A stretch of 64,000 bases of DNA from a virus. Below the pieces are notes generated by a model. It was not told the origin of the DNA. It worked only from the letters and a program-made list of their open reading frames with translations, and searched no databases. The stretch covers positions 1-64,000 of the IMG/VR virus record IMGVR_UViG_3300025164_000635. One strand, 5' to 3'. The position numbers were made by a program, and so were the translations under genes. Positions 44,765-52,476 of the stretch are shown here, one piece after another. Each line of letters begins with the position of its first letter. Position 1 is the stretch's first letter.

Positions 44765-46377
44765 TTGGGTACTCCTGCAGGAACAGGTACGGGCGCGTTC
44801 TGCCCATTCCCGGACGGCTGGCCACCCCCGAAGGGAGCCGGCTTCGATTCCGCGATCGCCGTAGCCCGTTTGATCTCAAGCTCGTTCTCAAATTCCATGT
44901 CGGCCCGGATGCGGTCCTGCTCTGCTTCGGGATCGTGGACGCCAATCTCGGTCAGGTAGCTCAGGAGACTGATACCGCCCTTCGTGAGGCGGTTATTGAG
45001 CATGTCGGCTCGTTCGCTTACTTCCAGGGGGATTTGAGGATTCCAGATCAATAGTTGATTGAGGCGAAGATGGTCTTCCGAGAGGTTGACTGGCAAAGTA
45101 ACGCCGGCCTGGGTCAATGCATTTCCATAGCCCATCAGGCCGGCCAAGATGATGCGATTTAAGTGCCGCATGGCGGTCGAGAAGTCGATGCGCTCAGCTT
45201 GTGTGTGCGCCATCGTCGGCCACATCCGGTAAGCCGTCACCGGGCCCGTGATCCGGCCGCCCGACACATCATCGTCACCCAGAGCGACGGCTGCAATGTC
45301 GGCCTGCCGGCGGATCTCGTTCCAAAGCTCAGCATCGTAATTGGCAAGACTGGCTGGCACTTCGGGATAGCGCAGGAAGTCGGCCTTGGGATCGCCTGAG
45401 TTGGGAGCTGCTCTCTTCACGCCCAAATTGAGAGCAGTCGATACTTCCCGGCCATGCTCATCGAGAACGGGCTGCATCTTCAGACCCTTCTCAACATTGG
45501 CAACAGTCATGATCGGATGGGTGACTTCCCGGACGGCATCCCCTTTGTCAGCCGATCTGAAATTCTTCTCTCGCGTCAATCCTACCAGGTCGGGAATGTG
45601 ACTATTGCCCCAGAATCCATCGTCTCGAATGTGGGGGATATAGACGATGGGCACTCTCTTGAATGGGTGTGGCCCTTCCAGGATACCGTATCCTTCAACT
45701 TGGGCCACTTTGCCGTTCACCCGAATGACATAGCTGTCCGGCGTCCAGTGCTCCATGTAGAGGGCATCTTCATTCTCATCAACCTTGACCCCGTAGCGTG
45801 CGGCATCCACAGATGAGATCAGATAGCCAATGTAGCACTCCCGCAGGTTCCACCATTGGCCCTTGTCGTAAACGGGTAGCAGCGTTCCTGGTGTGACCGG
45901 GAAGATACGCAGGCGGGTCGCTAACTCAGTATCTTGGGGTTGCCACAGGACTTGCAGGCCATACCCGCCGAACACCTGGGTCATCAAGCCCACCCTCTGA
46001 ATGAGCGCAGTCGCTTCTGAGTCATCCCAAGTGGAGCGTAAGAGGTCCTGAATAGAGGTCGCCTCAGCTCGTGAGGTGCTACTATCACCGCCCGGTTTCA
46101 CGACGATCTGGACAGGGTTTGAGAGGACATTGTGAGGCTGAATCCCGATCAGTACGTCACGGTGGACGCGACACACTTTCCCGATCGGGTTCAGGGCAAG
46201 GGGATAGAGCTTGGGGCGATCTCCGGTCGCCGGATCGGAGATACTAGACTCAGGATCACGAATGGAGTCCCCGCGAAACCACGACAGATAATCCGCGTAG
46301 GCGGTTCGCCGGGCAGCCCACTCGTCTGAATTGTAGAGTTCTTCGTCTGGATTCTTGACCAGGCCAAAGCGTGCCAA
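44761..46377 (-). CDS. portal protein
   Basis: 538 aa after terminase; HPF.RVPIVYIP....FWG.S.I.DL SPP1-type pattern; SG..ITG. Confidence 0.85.
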   Translation of the reverse strand: MARFGLVKNPDEELYNSDEWAARRTAYADYLSWFRGDSIRDPESSISDPATGDRPKLYPLALNPIGKVCRVHRDVLIGIQPHNVLSNPVQIVVKPGGDSSTSRAEATSIQDLLRSTWDDSEATALIQRVGLMTQVFGGYGLQVLWQPQDTELATRLRIFPVTPGTLLPVYDKGQWWNLRECYIGYLISSVDAARYGVKVDENEDALYMEHWTPDSYVIRVNGKVAQVEGYGILEGPHPFKRVPIVYIPHIRDDGFWGNSHIPDLVGLTREKNFRSADKGDAVREVTHPIMTVANVEKGLKMQPVLDEHGREVSTALNLGVKRAAPNSGDPKADFLRYPEVPASLANYDAELWNEIRRQADIAAVALGDDDVSGGRITGPVTAYRMWPTMAHTQAERIDFSTAMRHLNRIILAGLMGYGNALTQAGVTLPVNLSEDHLRLNQLLIWNPQIPLEVSERADMLNNRLTKGGISLLSYLTEIGVHDPEAEQDRIRADMEFENELEIKRATAIAESKPAPFGGGQPSGNGQNAPVPVPAGVPK

Positions 46378-46675
46378 AAGCCGAACCTCAGTAGCGCCTT
46401 CCTGCGCTCTGATTTCTCGGCTTCTCTAAAGCCCTGGCCTAACTTGTGGTCGTGGTGGGGGAAGGAATCGGGTAACGATCGACTTGAACCGAATTGCACT
46501 CAGGACAGTTCAACTCAATCATCACTATGCCTTGTTCCATGTCGAAGGTCAGGTTGTAGAGGAATCTTGGTTTCTTTCCTCGGTCGGTCAGCCTGTTCAC
46601 ACATGGTCTGCTTTTACACTCTGCCCGATAGGAGCCGTTCGGCATCCATCGCCCTCAACCCAATTGTGGAACATC

Positions 46676-46903
46676 TTACAAGAATCTCTGTCGTTTGTCA
46701 ATATGGCGTCTCGTGACCACGCGCCTGAACCTTCCGCTTGCTCTAACCGACCGCAGACCGCCTCGGCTTCTCGGCTCGACCTGAATCTGAGGATTTGCAG
46801 TGTCTTCGATGAGCTGGGCCTGCCAGCGTATAACAATCTGCAACATTCGGCGTAACATTGACTGAACCTTGTCCAGTGACCAAAGTCCCATACGTTTGAT
46901 CAT
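46676..46903 (-). CDS. hypothetical protein
   Basis: ATGA-coupled to the terminase stop. Confidence 0.45.
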   Translation of the reverse strand: MIKRMGLWSLDKVQSMLRRMLQIVIRWQAQLIEDTANPQIQVEPRSRGGLRSVRASGRFRRVVTRRHIDKRQRFL

Positions 46904-48759
46904 CGCCGATCCCTCCGGGTCTGTGTTCGTGCTCCTCGATAGGAGCTTCTCGGCAGCCTCACCATCTCTTCGTCATCACTGGCCGGCATGGGTTTCAGAT
47001 CTTCGTTGATCCTGAACTTATCGACCACCCTACTCCAAAGAGTCCCTTCGTACCTGACCGCCAAGCAGTATACAAACAAAGAGGCAATCACGTCATCGGA
47101 CAACTTATCGTGCCCCGGCCCCTTTTCCCGGTAAACGCCGCCTTGATACCAAAGAGCGGTCAGCTTCGGCCAGGCAAAATGACTATCTTGCGCCAAGAGC
47201 GTAAATAGAGACCGAGCCCAGGCTTTGTTGTTACCGGCAAACGTGACCGGCACAGTCTGATAGCTAGCGAAAACACCACTGTCCTCGAACCCGGTCAGTC
47301 CCAGATTGGTCGCGTCGTAATAGCCCATGGCTGCGTAATCATCCATGCACTGCTTGAACGCGCTCAGCCACGGATCGTAAGTCCCATCCCCATCCAGCAT
47401 CCCAAAATAGACTAACGGGATTGGTTTCACCATGAAGGTCGTCAAATCAAGCGCCAATACGGTCGGCACATTCTGGTCACTCAGCTGGGCCGGATACGAC
47501 TTTCCCGGATCGCCCACCACAATGTAGCTATGTCGCGCAATTGGCGGCACTCGATACCGGATGACGCCCATTTCCCCTCGACTCTCAGACGGGATCCGCT
47601 CGGCCAGTAAGTCCTTATCCATCTCTTCATCGTGGCACCGATTGAAAAGCACTTCTGGCAATAGCCGATTCAGGCTCGAGGAGTTCGTATCCCCACCCAA
47701 CCAACGCCTCTGCTCGGCCTCAGATAGCAAGGCCCCATGAAATGCCTTCTGCCGATCGGTGATGTAGACGTTCGCGTCTCGGTGAATCCCCTCCACGTAG
47801 CGTGCCTTCACCAAAGGATCGTTCTTCTCGGCCAGCGTCCTGATGCGTCCTTTGAGCACTTCCAACTCAGGATTCAACATCCCGTCTTCGGGTGGGTTCG
47901 TCAGCATGGTCAGTTTCGACCACATATCCTCACCATTCGCCCGTTGTCCGCGCGAACGGGTCATGAGTGTTCCCAAAGCGGCCACAATACCCATGAGGTA
48001 CTGCACCTCGTCCACATTCAGCCAATCCACATTCTTCCCGGTAATGTTCTGCGCTGTGCCATCTCGCCCAATCGTTTGACACACAAACCGGCTCTCATAT
48101 TGCGGCCCAAAGGGACTCCGAATCACCACGGTCGGGTGTGGCTTTGAGACAAACAACTCGCCCCCACGAGTCATCTCTACAAATTTCGTGAAGGGCGTAT
48201 CGGTGCACCACTTTGTCAACTCTTCCACCATCAATACGGCCTGATTCTCGGTGGGCGCCACGTTCAGGAACCGGAAGCCCGGATACAACGCACAGCACCC
48301 CAGGCCCGCCACGGCTACCGCACTCGTCTTGCTCGTCCCGGTCCCCGTGATGGCCAGCACGACCGCCACACTCGGATCGATCAACCCATTCTGTATCACC
48401 CACGGCAAAAAGAGATACCCATGCGGATACAAGAAGTCTGGCTCAGCCAGCTCTGTCCAGCGCGTCTCAATACGCATGAGGCCAAACCCCTCGACCTCCA
48501 GTTTCATCTCCTGCTCCGGCCGGCCCGCCTGCACCCACATCTCGTGCAACTGACCGTACTCAAAAAGAGACCGGTAATGGCCAGTCTCACCCCCTTCCGC
48601 CCGCCAGCGAGTCCCCCCGCCTGGCAAGCGCATGTAGTAGTTCGTCAGCACATTCAGGTCACCGTCGCGTGCCTCCTTCAATACCCGCATGTCTGACGGC
48701 TCCGCCAGCGACTCAAATCGCTTCATCCACCTCGATAACGCCCTCTCGTCCGCCCTCAT
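46900..48759 (-). CDS. terL: terminase large subunit
   Basis: Walker A GTGTSKT, Walker B WLNVDE, motif III LTNP, nuclease VVGDPG...YDAT...SDD. Confidence 0.85.
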   Translation of the reverse strand: MRADERALSRWMKRFESLAEPSDMRVLKEARDGDLNVLTNYYMRLPGGGTRWRAEGGETGHYRSLFEYGQLHEMWVQAGRPEQEMKLEVEGFGLMRIETRWTELAEPDFLYPHGYLFLPWVIQNGLIDPSVAVVLAITGTGTSKTSAVAVAGLGCCALYPGFRFLNVAPTENQAVLMVEELTKWCTDTPFTKFVEMTRGGELFVSKPHPTVVIRSPFGPQYESRFVCQTIGRDGTAQNITGKNVDWLNVDEVQYLMGIVAALGTLMTRSRGQRANGEDMWSKLTMLTNPPEDGMLNPELEVLKGRIRTLAEKNDPLVKARYVEGIHRDANVYITDRQKAFHGALLSEAEQRRWLGGDTNSSSLNRLLPEVLFNRCHDEEMDKDLLAERIPSESRGEMGVIRYRVPPIARHSYIVVGDPGKSYPAQLSDQNVPTVLALDLTTFMVKPIPLVYFGMLDGDGTYDPWLSAFKQCMDDYAAMGYYDATNLGLTGFEDSGVFASYQTVPVTFAGNNKAWARSLFTLLAQDSHFAWPKLTALWYQGGVYREKGPGHDKLSDDVIASLFVYCLAVRYEGTLWSRVVDKFRINEDLKPMPASDDEEMVRLPRSSYRGARTQTRRDRR

Positions 48760-48944
48760 CCATCCCCCTTCCCTACAGGTGGAGTCTTGCCCCACCATTC
48801 CGTGCGTCTGGAGACCGCCTCATCAAAGGCGTCCAGACAGCTAATTAGAAACTGCGCCAGGATGAAGTCCGGCGTGTCCGACCGATTCTCCATGCTGTTC
48901 TCGTTCAGCAACACCGTCAGCTTGTCCCGAAATCCGTCACTCAT
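48756..48944 (-). CDS. small phage protein
   Basis: LLN.NS.EN.SDTPDFILA.FL..CL.AF pattern; coupled to neighbours. Confidence 0.65.
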   Translation of the reverse strand: MSDGFRDKLTVLLNENSMENRSDTPDFILAQFLISCLDAFDEAVSRRTEWWGKTPPVGKGDG

Positions 48945-49210
48945 ACCTCGAGAGCCTCCGTTATACTCTCAACCTGCCTTACCAACTCCTCCAGGCGCGT
49001 GACCCGTTCCTGAAACTGGTTTGCCAACGCCACATACACCCCATTCGACTGCTCCCTGAGCGTCGGCGCCTCCATCATCGGCCGCATGACGCCCGACAGC
49101 CGCCCCTCCAGTCTCCCCAGACCCTTCTGGAGTTGCTCCAGGCTCACATCCAGCTTAACCAGTACCTCCTGCATGTGTGTCTGTTTAGCCATCTGGTCAT
49201 GCTGCTGCAT
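48941..49210 (-). CDS. coiled-coil hypothetical protein
   Basis: GGAGGGG RBS; heptad pattern. Confidence 0.55.
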   Translation of the reverse strand: MQQHDQMAKQTHMQEVLVKLDVSLEQLQKGLGRLEGRLSGVMRPMMEAPTLREQSNGVYVALANQFQERVTRLEELVRQVESITEALEV

Positions 49211-49469
49211 CTTGCCCCTCCTTGAGATATTCTCGACTTGCCTGAATGTACGCAGGCGGCTGTGTCCAGCCCGACAACAGTGCTAACCACACCCGCCCAA
49301 ATACTAGAGCCGATAGCCTTTCTCGCAAACTCAGCCGCCAGCAGGATACGCACTGCTCCCCATCTGACCATACTGCCAGCGGCACCACTCCCCCTACCCT
49401 CTCCGAGTAACTGTGACTGCTTGGAAACAAGACCTTGTTCGCTAACCCAAAAGCCACTGGCCTCATCCC
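49197..49469 (-). CDS. hypothetical protein (MRPV.F...LP.W.DG..CVSCW.L...ER...L..GR.WL.L....QPP)
   Basis: C-terminal part of ORF 49197..49649, start probably MRPVAF. Confidence 0.55.
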   Translation of the reverse strand, partial: GMRPVAFGLANKVLFPSSHSYSERVGGVVPLAVWSDGEQCVSCWRLSLRERLSALVFGRVWLALLSGWTQPPAYIQASREYLKEGQDAAA

Positions 49470-49811
49470 CCACCCCACCCCACCTGCTCCATCAGGGCTA
49501 CCAACGCTTCCGTCACCCGTATCCACTCGTCCCACTGCGCCACCAGACGCCTTGGCGCGTTCGCTCTCATCATCGACGCCCTCTCTATCAGCGCCCTCAA
49601 CTCCCCCACCCCCAACGGCCTCAAACTCTCTTCGGTCACCATCCCTCACACCTCCTCTTACAGAGTCCCCCTATTCTACCACTCCCCACCCTTCTCGGCC
49701 TCACCCACGCATACAACTTGGCCGCCGGAAAAGGGAGAAATATATAAGAACAGATGGCCTTTTAGTGAAGTATAGGGCTTTCTGTCCACATCCAGGAAAG
49801 GAGAAAGTGTC

Positions 49812-49919
49812 ATGTCACAGGTTGGTTCGTTCATTCTGTTGGTCGTGGCCGCCGTGTTCATTCTGGCTGGTGGTGGCGCAGGCGTCATCATCGGGCAACT
49901 GTTCACGATGGGCTTCTAA
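49812..49919 (+). CDS. 35-aa membrane peptide, first gene of the rightward early cluster (not in ORF track)
   Basis: AGGAAAGGAGA RBS; MSQVGSFILLVVAAVFILAGGGAGVIIGQLFTMGF. Confidence 0.6.
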   Translation: MSQVGSFILLVVAAVFILAGGGAGVIIGQLFTMGF

Positions 49920-50019
49920 CTGAATAGCAGAGGCAGAGGGGCAACCGAAAGGTTGTGTCCCTCGCCCTCTGGGATTCAGCCGAAAGGCTATACCAAGAAT
50001 CCTGGAAAGGAGAACAGCC

Positions 50020-50265
50020 ATGTTGCAGATCAACCATGTCGAGATCAGGACAATCGAGGCCGCGAAACTGATGGACTTCGTGGGCAAGGCGCAACCGTCT
50101 GCTTGGGGTATCGGTCGGTATGCCCTGCAGGCAGGGCAGCCCACCATCCAGGTTGAGCAGCGGGTGTGCCATGCCGCCGCTCTTGAACTGCGCCAGTTGG
50201 CCGCAGAGAAGGACATCGCCAACCCGGCGCTGTTCGCTATTGCGGCCTATCTCGGCAATCTGTAA
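50020..50265 (+). CDS. early hypothetical protein
   Basis: AAGGAGA RBS. Confidence 0.65.
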   Translation: MLQINHVEIRTIEAAKLMDFVGKAQPSAWGIGRYALQAGQPTIQVEQRVCHAAALELRQLAAEKDIANPALFAIAAYLGNL

Positions 50266-50369
50266 AACAACTGAATATCGCAGAGAGGGGCTAGGCCATA
50301 GGCTTAGCTCTAATGCGGCATACCGGTCTCAAGCCCGGTAAACCCATGTCGCATAAAGGAGAAAGAGTC

Positions 50370-50561
50370 ATGCGTACAGTTATCCAGGACCGGGTAGCTT
50401 CAGAAGCTACTCGGAGAGCATACGAACGTATGATGGAGAGCAACCCAAGACCCAGCTACCAGCCTCAGTCTGAGGCCGAAGCCTGGAGACAGGCGTGGAT
50501 CTCAGGCAAGGTCAGCCTAGGGGATGTCCCGGCTCGCTATCGCTCCCTCGTTGCTCGCTAA
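50370..50561 (+). CDS. early hypothetical protein
   Basis: AAGGAGA RBS before MRTVIQ. Confidence 0.6.
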   Translation: MRTVIQDRVASEATRRAYERMMESNPRPSYQPQSEAEAWRQAWISGKVSLGDVPARYRSLVAR

Positions 50562-50676
50562 CAATCGAATATCTGCCTTCTTCCAGGAAGGCAGAGCAGG
50601 CTCATTCTCTCGGAGGAGGATGGGCCTGCTCTGCTTTCTGGGACTAGAGCCCAGAGCAGAGAAAAGGAGAATCACC

Positions 50677-50871
50677 ATGACGTACCCGAAAGGCTACACC
50701 AACGACTACGCTACCATCTGGGAGCAACGCATGAGCAAGGCCATCGGCCTGCACCTACACTGGCTGACTGAGGCATGCTACCAGGCCGCTCTTTACAGCG
50801 ACCGCCTCACCATCCAGGCTCAGGTCAAGCTGGGCAAGCTCTACATGGCTGCCAGCAAGGGCGGCAAGTAG
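50677..50871 (+). CDS. early hypothetical protein
   Basis: AAGGAGA RBS before MTYPKG. Confidence 0.65.
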   Translation: MTYPKGYTNDYATIWEQRMSKAIGLHLHWLTEACYQAALYSDRLTIQAQVKLGKLYMAASKGGK

Positions 50872-50982
50872 TCGTCAATCTACTTCTGTCTTCCCCTCCG
50901 GGAAGGCAGAGGCTTGGGTATCACGGTATCCAAGCCTCTGCCTTTCGGGACTAGAGCCCGAAGCAGAGAAAAGGAGAAACCC

Positions 50983-51252
50983 ATGTCTCACAAGATCATC
51001 TTCGTGCTGGTGCTGGTCGGGCTGATGCTGGCCTTCACGGCCTGTGATGCCTCGAAAGAGGCAGGCTGGACGACCTCCTGTATCCGGGAGTACAAGGCCG
51101 CCAACGATGGGGCTGATCCGGATGCGGACACACTCAAGGCGTGCGTTGAGGCCAAGAGAGATGCTGCTGAGTCTCTCAACAAGACACTCAATCAGGGCAA
51201 GCAGCAGGCCGAAGCCCTGGTTGCTACACCCGTCCCTGACCCCAATAAGTAG
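50983..51252 (+). CDS. lipoprotein (possible superinfection exclusion)
   Basis: MSHKIIFVLVLVGLMLAFTAC lipobox; RBS. Confidence 0.7.
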   Translation: MSHKIIFVLVLVGLMLAFTACDASKEAGWTTSCIREYKAANDGADPDADTLKACVEAKRDAAESLNKTLNQGKQQAEALVATPVPDPNK

Positions 51253-51384
51253 CAAGCTATAGACAACCAAATATCGCTTCACCCCTGCTCCCTCATGGGA
51301 GCAGACCAGAGCCACTCTCCTGCGAGGGCGGCTCTGGTCTGCTTCTGGGACTAGAGCCCAGGCAAACAGAAAGGAGTAGTAGCC

Positions 51385-51879
51385 ATGTTACACAATCCGT
51401 TGTTCTGGTTCTGTGTTGCAGCTCTGCTTGTTGCTATCCATGAGCTGATCGTCCGCAATCGCAACCCCTTCTACGAGCTGGACTTGCGGGAGTATTACGA
51501 GCCGAGCTCCCAGGAAGGGGATGAGTGCCCCATCTGCGGTGTCATGGGCGGGCACGATGCCGAGATATGCACGGGTGATGAGTATGCCGGCGTGTGCCGT
51601 GAGGACTTCTATGTCCAATTCGGCAACACCCCAGAAGTTCGGGAGCTGTATCACATCTGGGTCTCTGAGGCTAATGTGGAGTTCCGCTGGATGGTCATGG
51701 ATATGTGCGGCATGTACGGTGCCTCCGAGACCTTGGGCCGCCTCCGGGAAGCCATCAACGAGGAGCGGCCTCTCGACTTGCCATCCAGCAAAGAGATGCA
51801 CCGCCGCATCCTCCGGGCTTGCCCCGATCCCGACCTCGCCCGCGGTATGGGTGAGGAGACCCTCTACAGAGTGCGATAG
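51385..51879 (+). CDS. membrane-anchored protein with a CPIC...H...C motif
   Basis: N-terminal TM helix; AAGGAG RBS. Confidence 0.6.
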   Translation: MLHNPLFWFCVAALLVAIHELIVRNRNPFYELDLREYYEPSSQEGDECPICGVMGGHDAEICTGDEYAGVCREDFYVQFGNTPEVRELYHIWVSEANVEFRWMVMDMCGMYGASETLGRLREAINEERPLDLPSSKEMHRRILRACPDPDLARGMGEETLYRVR

Positions 51880-51887
51880 GAGGAACA

Positions 51888-52307
51888 GTGGATAAGTATG
51901 TACGGGTCCGTCTGACGAGCGCTAGCCTCTTGGCGCAGTCAGATCCCTTCCCAGTGTTGTTGTGGTACGACGCCAGGAAGCGGGCCGTCCACCTGAAGGT
52001 CATCTCCAGCGCGGGTGGGCGGTATGACGTGCACCTTCGGTTCCAGGTGCACGAGGGCAAGGCTTACCTCATGGATCGGATGTGCTTCTGTGAGGACTTC
52101 GAGTCCTCGATGAAGCACTTCGACATGCTCCAGGAGCTCGGGATGCCGGTTGAGGGGAGTGCCTTGCCTCTCTATCGGGGCCTGCCCATCTGCAAGCACA
52201 TCCTGCTCGGCGGTCTGAAGGTGATCGCCGAGAACTGGGTGGCCCTCTTCCTGGATGGGCAGCCGCAGGCTAAAGCCTTCCAGGAAGATGAAGTCCTGCC
52301 GTTCTAG
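51888..52307 (+). CDS. SWIM zinc-finger protein
   Basis: SS..G.Y.V...CFCEDF...ICKHI. Confidence 0.75.
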   Translation: MDKYVRVRLTSASLLAQSDPFPVLLWYDARKRAVHLKVISSAGGRYDVHLRFQVHEGKAYLMDRMCFCEDFESSMKHFDMLQELGMPVEGSALPLYRGLPICKHILLGGLKVIAENWVALFLDGQPQAKAFQEDEVLPF

Positions 52308-52476
52308 CACGAGCAAAACAACACACGTGCCTCTTGTGCACTCCAATGACGCCACTGGTGTCTGGACATGCAAGAGAGGCATGTGCCATATCATGCCGAA
52401 AGGCAGCGCTTGGCCGCGTTACAGCCGATTGAACGACCTGATAGGCAGGAATCAACCTACATAAAGGAGAACAGCC

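Larger units (their letters stand above)
50561..51375 (+). promoter_or_regulatory. three copies of a structured intergenic element ending in hairpin GGG-ACTAGAG-CCC (50637-50655, 50944-50962, 51345-51361)
   Basis: identical 13-mer GGGACTAGAGCCC with covarying flanks (TCT/AGA, TTC/GAA, CT/AG), each preceded by two hairpins and followed by an AAGGAG RBS. Confidence 0.8.

Noticed and set aside
50572-51375. Repeated GGGACTAGAGCCC elements as a CRISPR array or attC cassette sites
   Set aside because: Spacing is 300-400 bp with whole genes between, only 13 bp is identical, and there are no GTTRRRY boxes, integrase or cas genes in the window.
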